DNA from: Halorutilales archaeon Cl-col2-1
GTDB lineage: Archaea; Halobacteriota; Halobacteria; Halobacteriales; Afararchaeaceae
NCBI GenBank assembly: GCA_041891055.1
Contig: CP169074.1
Location: 1,120,001-1,184,000, forward strand
Direction of reading: 5' to 3'
DNA length: 64,000 bases
Shown here: positions 58,827 to 64,000 of the stretch, one piece after another
How the letters are laid out: every line of letters begins with the position of its first letter
Position numbering within the stretch: the stretch's first letter is position 1
The notes under the pieces: generated by a model
Database searches by the model: none
What the model was told of the DNA's origin: nothing
Seen by the model: the letters and a program-made list of their open reading frames with translations, nothing else
Position numbers and translations under genes: made by a program

Positions 58827-59834
58827 TCAGAAGAGTTCGCGCCAGAGACTGTTCTTGTACTTGTCTCCGCGGTCACAGAACGGAGTGACTATACACGCCT
58901 CGTCAGGGTTCTCCATCTCCTCGGCTATGTTGATACACGCCTCTAAGTTGGCTCCCGAAGACGTCCCGACGAGGAACTCGTCGTCGACCCTCATGACATC
59001 ACGCACAGTCTCCTCCGAGAACTGCCCGGGATCGACTATCTCTGGGTCGTAGTCGTCGTACCTCTCACGCAGGTCGCGCGCGTTCTCGTACGCCTTGTCG
59101 GTGGATATGTAGAGCTTCCTGTCTGGAAGACTCTCGTCGTAGATGTCAGGGACGTAATGTCCCTCGCCCTTCACGTACTTGAGACCGTCTATGGCGTGGA
59201 GCGAATCGTCGGGCTCGACAGCGACGGACGTCACAGAGGGGTCGGCGTTCTTGAGACCTCTCGATGTTCCGGTTATAGTCCCTCCTGTTCCGACCCCTGC
59301 GACGAAATGTGTGACACAGCCGTCGGTCTGGTCGAGTATCTCGGGCGCAGTAGTCTCCTCGTGGGCGAGAGGATTGTTGGGGTTCTCGTACTGGTTGGGC
59401 ATGTAGTAGGTATCGGGGTTTTCCTCCAGAATTTCGTGTGCCCTGTCTATCACGGCGTCGTATCCCTCCATCGCGTCTGTGAACTCTATCTCGGCACCCG
59501 TCTCCTCGACCGTCTTTATCTTGCCCTCGCCGGCGTTGTCGGGCATCACTATCAGAACGTCGTATCCCCTGTTCCGTGCGATCTTAGCGACCTCGCTCCC
59601 CGTGTTCCCGCTCGTGGGCTCTATTACAGTCTTTCCTTGCGTGAGATCGCCCGACTCCTCGGCTCCATCCACCATATAGAGAGCGGGACGTGACTTCACC
59701 GACCCGCCGCCGTAGGGAGTCGAGTGGAGATTGAACCATTCGAGCTTCGCGTATATATTTGCTCCTGCGGGCTCTCCCACCCCCTCTATCTTGACGAGAG
59801 GGGTATCACCTATCTCAGACTCGTCTATCTCCAT
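58827..59834 (-). CDS. PLP-dependent cysteine synthase family protein
   Basis: IGDTPL, GSVKSRPA, PTSGNTG, NQYEN, GVGTGGTITG. Confidence 0.9.
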   Translation of the reverse strand: MEIDESEIGDTPLVKIEGVGEPAGANIYAKLEWFNLHSTPYGGGSVKSRPALYMVDGAEESGDLTQGKTVIEPTSGNTGSEVAKIARNRGYDVLIVMPDNAGEGKIKTVEETGAEIEFTDAMEGYDAVIDRAHEILEENPDTYYMPNQYENPNNPLAHEETTAPEILDQTDGCVTHFVAGVGTGGTITGTSRGLKNADPSVTSVAVEPDDSLHAIDGLKYVKGEGHYVPDIYDESLPDRKLYISTDKAYENARDLRERYDDYDPEIVDPGQFSEETVRDVMRVDDEFLVGTSSGANLEACINIAEEMENPDEACIVTPFCDRGDKYKNSLWRELF

Positions 59835-59929
59835 TCTTGTTTGTTATATGAGAACAAGATTATAAAACAGTTCTCTGTTGACTCAGACTAAGCACAAACT
59901 ACTAACGTCAGACACGTTTAGAGTCTCGC

Positions 59930-60538
59930 ATGAAGAACATCGACGACCTCATGGAGAGCGCTCGGGAGCTCCAGGACAGGGGGCTCAAGACGGGTGAGAT
60001 TGCCGACGAGCTCAACGTCTCGCGGGAGACAGTCAACTGGCTCCTGTCGCAGGACAGCGGCGAGGAAGAAGAAGTTCCGTCGGACATACACGTCGACTGG
60101 TCGGCGATAGGCGGAAGCTCGAAACGTCTCAGCTTAGTCTCTCAGGCTCTCGTCGACCTCATACGTGAGGACGTCGGAGATGAGGTAGAGGTCGTCGTCG
60201 GTATAGCGAAAGCCGGCACTCCCGTAGCGAGTCTCGTGGCTGAGGAGCTCGGCTGTGAGCTCGCCGACTACACGCCAAGGAAACAGAAATGGACGGGTGA
60301 GGAGTACGACAGTCTCAGAGGTTCGTTCAGCCGTAACTTCGCCGACGTCGGGGGGAAGAAATGCGTCATAGTCGACGACGTCGTCACGAGCGGCACGACA
60401 ATGACTGAGGCAATACGTTTCGTCGAGGAGAAGAACGGCGACCCGATAAGTGCCGCAGTCCTCGCCAACAAGTCTAACGAGACAGTCATAGACGGCGTCA
60501 GGATAAACTCGCTGATACAGGTTGTCCCCGTCGAGTAG
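59930..60538 (+). CDS. gfcR: HTH + orotate-phosphoribosyltransferase-like protein (GfcR family)
   Basis: EIADELNVSRET HTH, DIHVDWS, VDDVVTSGTT. Confidence 0.85.
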   Translation: MKNIDDLMESARELQDRGLKTGEIADELNVSRETVNWLLSQDSGEEEEVPSDIHVDWSAIGGSSKRLSLVSQALVDLIREDVGDEVEVVVGIAKAGTPVASLVAEELGCELADYTPRKQKWTGEEYDSLRGSFSRNFADVGGKKCVIVDDVVTSGTTMTEAIRFVEEKNGDPISAAVLANKSNETVIDGVRINSLIQVVPVE

Positions 60539-60550
60539 AGACTAAAACGA

Positions 60551-61249
60551 ATGTCGGACGTAGCTCACGACAGGCGTCTTACTACGGGAAGCGACTCGCT
60601 CGACTCTCTCTTGGGGGGAGGGTTCAGACGGGGCTCCGTCGCACAGGTATACGGCTCACCGGGGACAGGCAAGACCAACATCTGTCTCCAGACCGCGGTC
60701 GAGACTATACGTTCGGGCGGGAGCGTCGTCTACATCGACACCGAGGGTATAAGCATAGAGAGGTTCAGACAGATCGCGGGCGAGTCATACGAGGAGACTG
60801 CACGCGACTTCATAATAAACGAGGTCTACGACTTCGAGGATCAGGACGCCGCAGTGAAGGACGTCGAGAACGTGGCGTCGGAGGTCGACCTAGTCGTGCT
60901 CGACTCGGCAACAGGACTATACAGGATACAGGATCTCGACGGAGGCGGTGACAAGGGCGACAGATCCCCTCTCAAACGTCTCACGCGACAGGTCGCCCAT
61001 CTCACCTCTCTCGCGCGGAAACACGGAGTCGCGGTCGTCGTCACGAACCAGATATACACCAACATAGACGGGAAAGAAGACGAAGATGAGTACAGCCCTC
61101 TCGGGGGAAAGAGCATAGAGCACTGGACAAAGACCATCGTGCGCCTCACCAACCACGGCGGTAGACGTGAGGCTGTACTCGAAAAACACCTCTCGCGCGA
61201 GACAGGAGAGTCAGCTACCTTCTCGATCACCTCCGACGGCGTAGAATGA
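60551..61249 (+). CDS. radB: DNA repair protein RadB
   Basis: LLGGG, YGSPGTGKTN, YIDTEG, TNQ, LEKH; no RadA N-domain. Confidence 0.93.
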   Translation: MSDVAHDRRLTTGSDSLDSLLGGGFRRGSVAQVYGSPGTGKTNICLQTAVETIRSGGSVVYIDTEGISIERFRQIAGESYEETARDFIINEVYDFEDQDAAVKDVENVASEVDLVVLDSATGLYRIQDLDGGGDKGDRSPLKRLTRQVAHLTSLARKHGVAVVVTNQIYTNIDGKEDEDEYSPLGGKSIEHWTKTIVRLTNHGGRREAVLEKHLSRETGESATFSITSDGVE

Positions 61250-61292
61250 GAAAACAATTTATGGTCTCGGAGACATCCCGTACCAAGCATAT

Positions 61293-61790
61293 ATGATAGT
61301 CACTATGACTCTGGAGCTGAGCGACGAGCCGGGGGAACTCCTCAAGGCTCTGACACCTATCTCCGAACACGGAGGGAATATAGTCAGCGTCACACATCAG
61401 AGGGGAAACGTGACTCCCCGCGGGACTCTTCCCGTCGAGATCACCTTCGAGATCGTTGAGGGGAGACACGAGGATCTGATCGAGGACCTCCGGAGCAAGG
61501 GCGTCCGTATAGCCCAGTTCGGTGAGGAGAAGTTCCACGAGTCGGTAACTCTCGTTCTCGTAGGACACATAATAAGAGGTGACATAACCGACACGATAGA
61601 GAGCATAGAGATAGACGGCGTCAAGGTCGTCGACTTCTCGCTCGCTATACCCGAGGAGTCTGAGGAGACTTCGAGCGCGCGTCTCACGATAAACGCGACG
61701 TCCGACGAGAAGATAGACGAAGCGATGGATCTCGTCGAGGACGTCTGTGAGACGAAGGATCTCTTAAAGATGGAGCCGATAGGGGTATGA
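61293..61790 (+). CDS. ACT-domain amino-acid-binding protein, upstream of hom
   Basis: LELSDEPGELL..L.PI...GGNIVSV.H. Confidence 0.85.
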   Translation: MIVTMTLELSDEPGELLKALTPISEHGGNIVSVTHQRGNVTPRGTLPVEITFEIVEGRHEDLIEDLRSKGVRIAQFGEEKFHESVTLVLVGHIIRGDITDTIESIEIDGVKVVDFSLAIPEESEETSSARLTINATSDEKIDEAMDLVEDVCETKDLLKMEPIGV

Positions 61791-62794
61791 CAATGAAGGT
61801 AGCACTAGTCGGATTCGGGGCAGTCGGACGTGGATTCGCAGACGTAGTTCTCGAAGACACACCCGTGGACGTCGACGTCGTCTTAGTCGCCGACTCCGAC
61901 ACCGTAACTGTCGACAAGGAGGGTCTCGACCTCGAAGAGGTGAAGGAGACGAAGAAGGAGACGGGCGACGTCGGAGACGGGAAGCCCCTGATGGCGGCGC
62001 TACGCGAGACGGATTACGATGTCTTGGTCGAGGCGACGCCGACGACACTCGGCGACGCAGAGCCCGCATTCTCACACATAACAGCCGCGATACAGAACGG
62101 CGCACACGTCGTGACCTCGAACAAGGGTCCCATAGCGATGAGGTACTCCGAGCTGATGGAAGCCGCAGAAGAAGAGGGCGTCGAGGTACGTATGGAGGGT
62201 GCGGTCGGAGGTGCGATGCCCGTCATAAACACGGTGAGGGAGTCGCTCGCTGGCGACGACGTCTACGCCGCGAGAGGCATACTCAACGGTACGTGTAACT
62301 TCATACTCTCACGGATGCTAGAGGAGGGTCTGTCGTACGAACACGTCCTCGGAGAGGCACAGGACATGGGAATAGCAGAGACAGATCCGACATTCGACGT
62401 CGAGGGTATCGACACCGCGCTCAAATGCGTGATACTCTCGAACGTCCTCTTCGAGGGCGAGAGGACACTCGACGACGTCGACGTCACCGGAATCACCGAG
62501 ATAACACCCGACGCACTCAGGCTCGCCGACGAGTCGGGACACGTAGTAAAGCTCATAGGAGAGGTCACACGTGACGAACTCAAGGTCGAGCCACGGCTCA
62601 TACCCAAGGAGCACTCGCTCGACGTCGGCGGCACACTAAATGTCGTCTCATTCGAGACCGAGTTCGCGGGCGAGATAACCGTCTCCGGAAAGGGGGCGGG
62701 AGACGAGGAGACGGCGAGTGCTCTCGTGAGCGACTTGACGGCGATAGCGAGGAAACACGGCTTCGACGGCGACAGCGATACAGGCGGTGAGTAG
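61787..62794 (+). CDS. hom: Homoserine dehydrogenase
   Basis: GFGAVG, VTSNKGP, GILNGTCNFIL, AETDPTFDVEGID. Confidence 0.95.
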   Translation: MTMKVALVGFGAVGRGFADVVLEDTPVDVDVVLVADSDTVTVDKEGLDLEEVKETKKETGDVGDGKPLMAALRETDYDVLVEATPTTLGDAEPAFSHITAAIQNGAHVVTSNKGPIAMRYSELMEAAEEEGVEVRMEGAVGGAMPVINTVRESLAGDDVYAARGILNGTCNFILSRMLEEGLSYEHVLGEAQDMGIAETDPTFDVEGIDTALKCVILSNVLFEGERTLDDVDVTGITEITPDALRLADESGHVVKLIGEVTRDELKVEPRLIPKEHSLDVGGTLNVVSFETEFAGEITVSGKGAGDEETASALVSDLTAIARKHGFDGDSDTGGE

Positions 62795-62796
62795 GG

Positions 62797-64000
62797 GTGC
62801 GTGTAGACCTCTCGAACACGTTGGAGGAGAGAGTCGGAGACCACGGTCTATCCGACGATGACCTCGACGAGTTGGACGAGAGTCTCTCGGAGGTACACGA
62901 GACATTACAGAGAGGAAGAGAGGAAGGAAAGTTCGGCTACGCCTTTGCGGATCTCCCGAGACACGTAGACATAGAGGAGATACAGAGGGTCGCCGACGAC
63001 CTCAGAGACGACTTCGGTTTCCTCGTCAACATAGGCGTCGGAGGTAGTGCTCTCGGTGGCGCCGCGCTCACCAACTCACTGAGACCTGACTCTAACGTCT
63101 ACTTCCCCGACAACCTCGACCCTGACCTGATTGGCGAGGTTCTCAACTCAGTGAGCCTCGAAAACACAGTATTCAACGTCGTCTCAAAGAGCGGATCGAC
63201 CGCAGAGACCGCGGCGAACTTCCTAGTTATGAGGGACGAACTCGAAAAAGAGGGTCTCGACTGGAGAGACCACGTCGTCGTGACGACAGGTACGGATGGT
63301 ATTCTGAGGGACCTCGTCGAGAGAGAGGATCTGAGGTCGTTCGAGGTTCCCGAAGACGTCCCGGGACGTTTCTCGGCTCTCTCTCCTGTCGGACTATTCT
63401 CAGCCGCCTTCGCGGGCGCAGATATTGAGAGGATAGTCGAGGGCGCACTCGGAGCGCGCGAGAGATGTTCGGAGGAGTCGGTCTACGATAACCCCGGATA
63501 CGCACTAGGAGGTGTGAGCTATCTCCTCGACACCCGGGGAGACAAGACGATGAGCGTTATGATGCCGTACTCCGAGCGTCTTTTCTCGTTCGTCGAGTGG
63601 TACGCACAGCTCTGGGCGGAGTCACTCGGCAAGAGACGTGAAGACGGCTCGGAGGTCAACGTCGGACAGAGTCCCGTGAAGTCGATGGGGATCACCGACC
63701 AGCACTCACAGCTTCAGCTCTTCGTTGACGGCCCCAACAACAAGCTCATAAACCTCGTGAGGGTGAAGGAGAGTGACTACGAATTCGAGATCCCCGGGGT
63801 CGACGGCAGTTCCGAGGGCGACGACTACCTCGACGACTATTCGTACCTCTCGGGACATAGCCTCTCGGATCTGATGGACGTAGAGCTCAGTGCGATAGAG
63901 GCAGCTCTCGTCGAGTCGAACCGTCCCAACCTGAGTGTCGAACTCGACTCAGTAAACGAGTTCTGCATGGGTGAGCTACTCTACACCTACGAGACAGCAG
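62797..64000 (+). CDS. pgi: Glucose-6-phosphate isomerase (3'-truncated by window end)
   Basis: Manual translation from GTG 62797: IGVGGSALG, VSKSGSTAET, PGRFSALS, QLWAESLGK, DQHSQLQL. Confidence 0.92.
   Translation, partial: MRVDLSNTLEERVGDHGLSDDDLDELDESLSEVHETLQRGREEGKFGYAFADLPRHVDIEEIQRVADDLRDDFGFLVNIGVGGSALGGAALTNSLRPDSNVYFPDNLDPDLIGEVLNSVSLENTVFNVVSKSGSTAETAANFLVMRDELEKEGLDWRDHVVVTTGTDGILRDLVEREDLRSFEVPEDVPGRFSALSPVGLFSAAFAGADIERIVEGALGARERCSEESVYDNPGYALGGVSYLLDTRGDKTMSVMMPYSERLFSFVEWYAQLWAESLGKRREDGSEVNVGQSPVKSMGITDQHSQLQLFVDGPNNKLINLVRVKESDYEFEIPGVDGSSEGDDYLDDYSYLSGHSLSDLMDVELSAIEAALVESNRPNLSVELDSVNEFCMGELLYTYETA

Noticed and set aside
203-63505. Many long antisense or alternate-frame ORFs in the track (e.g. 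203-892, 17147-17932, 44722-45888, 54314-55228)
   Set aside because: Ser/Arg-rich shadows of acidic GC-rich genes on the other strand or frame; no motifs
1-64000. CRISPR array or cas operon (prompted by the Cas4-like domain at 23.8-24.5 kb)
   Set aside because: No regularly spaced repeats seen; the Cas4-like domain belongs to a Dna2-type fusion

Overview
This 64-kb window is chromosomal DNA from a halophilic archaeon (class Halobacteria): the proteome is acidic, and heavy ATA/AGA codon use suggests an early-branching lineage such as Halorutilales (inference). Most of it is housekeeping: carB, cdc48, truD, pth2, hisS, pyrF, rps19e, thiL, aroA, ABCE1, cofG/cofC, radB, hom, pgi and tRNA-His. 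It also carries a ba3-type oxidase operon with copper-assembly genes, an ECF Co/Ni transporter, a type IV pilin islet, a TnpB-only IS200/IS605-family element and an AT-rich islet. The most notable locus is at 4986-11734, a bacteriorhodopsin-regulon-like cluster (brz, brp, bat, crtY, two Bat UAS boxes) with no intact bop. The UAS/TATA promoter precedes a 21-codon mini-ORF starting MPAPGS, like the cruxrhodopsin N-terminus. That mini-ORF is coupled to an HtrII-type transducer and a rhodopsin that combines the proton-pump DTD motif with SRII signalling residues. All family assignments come from motif reading and recalled reference sequences; no searches were run.
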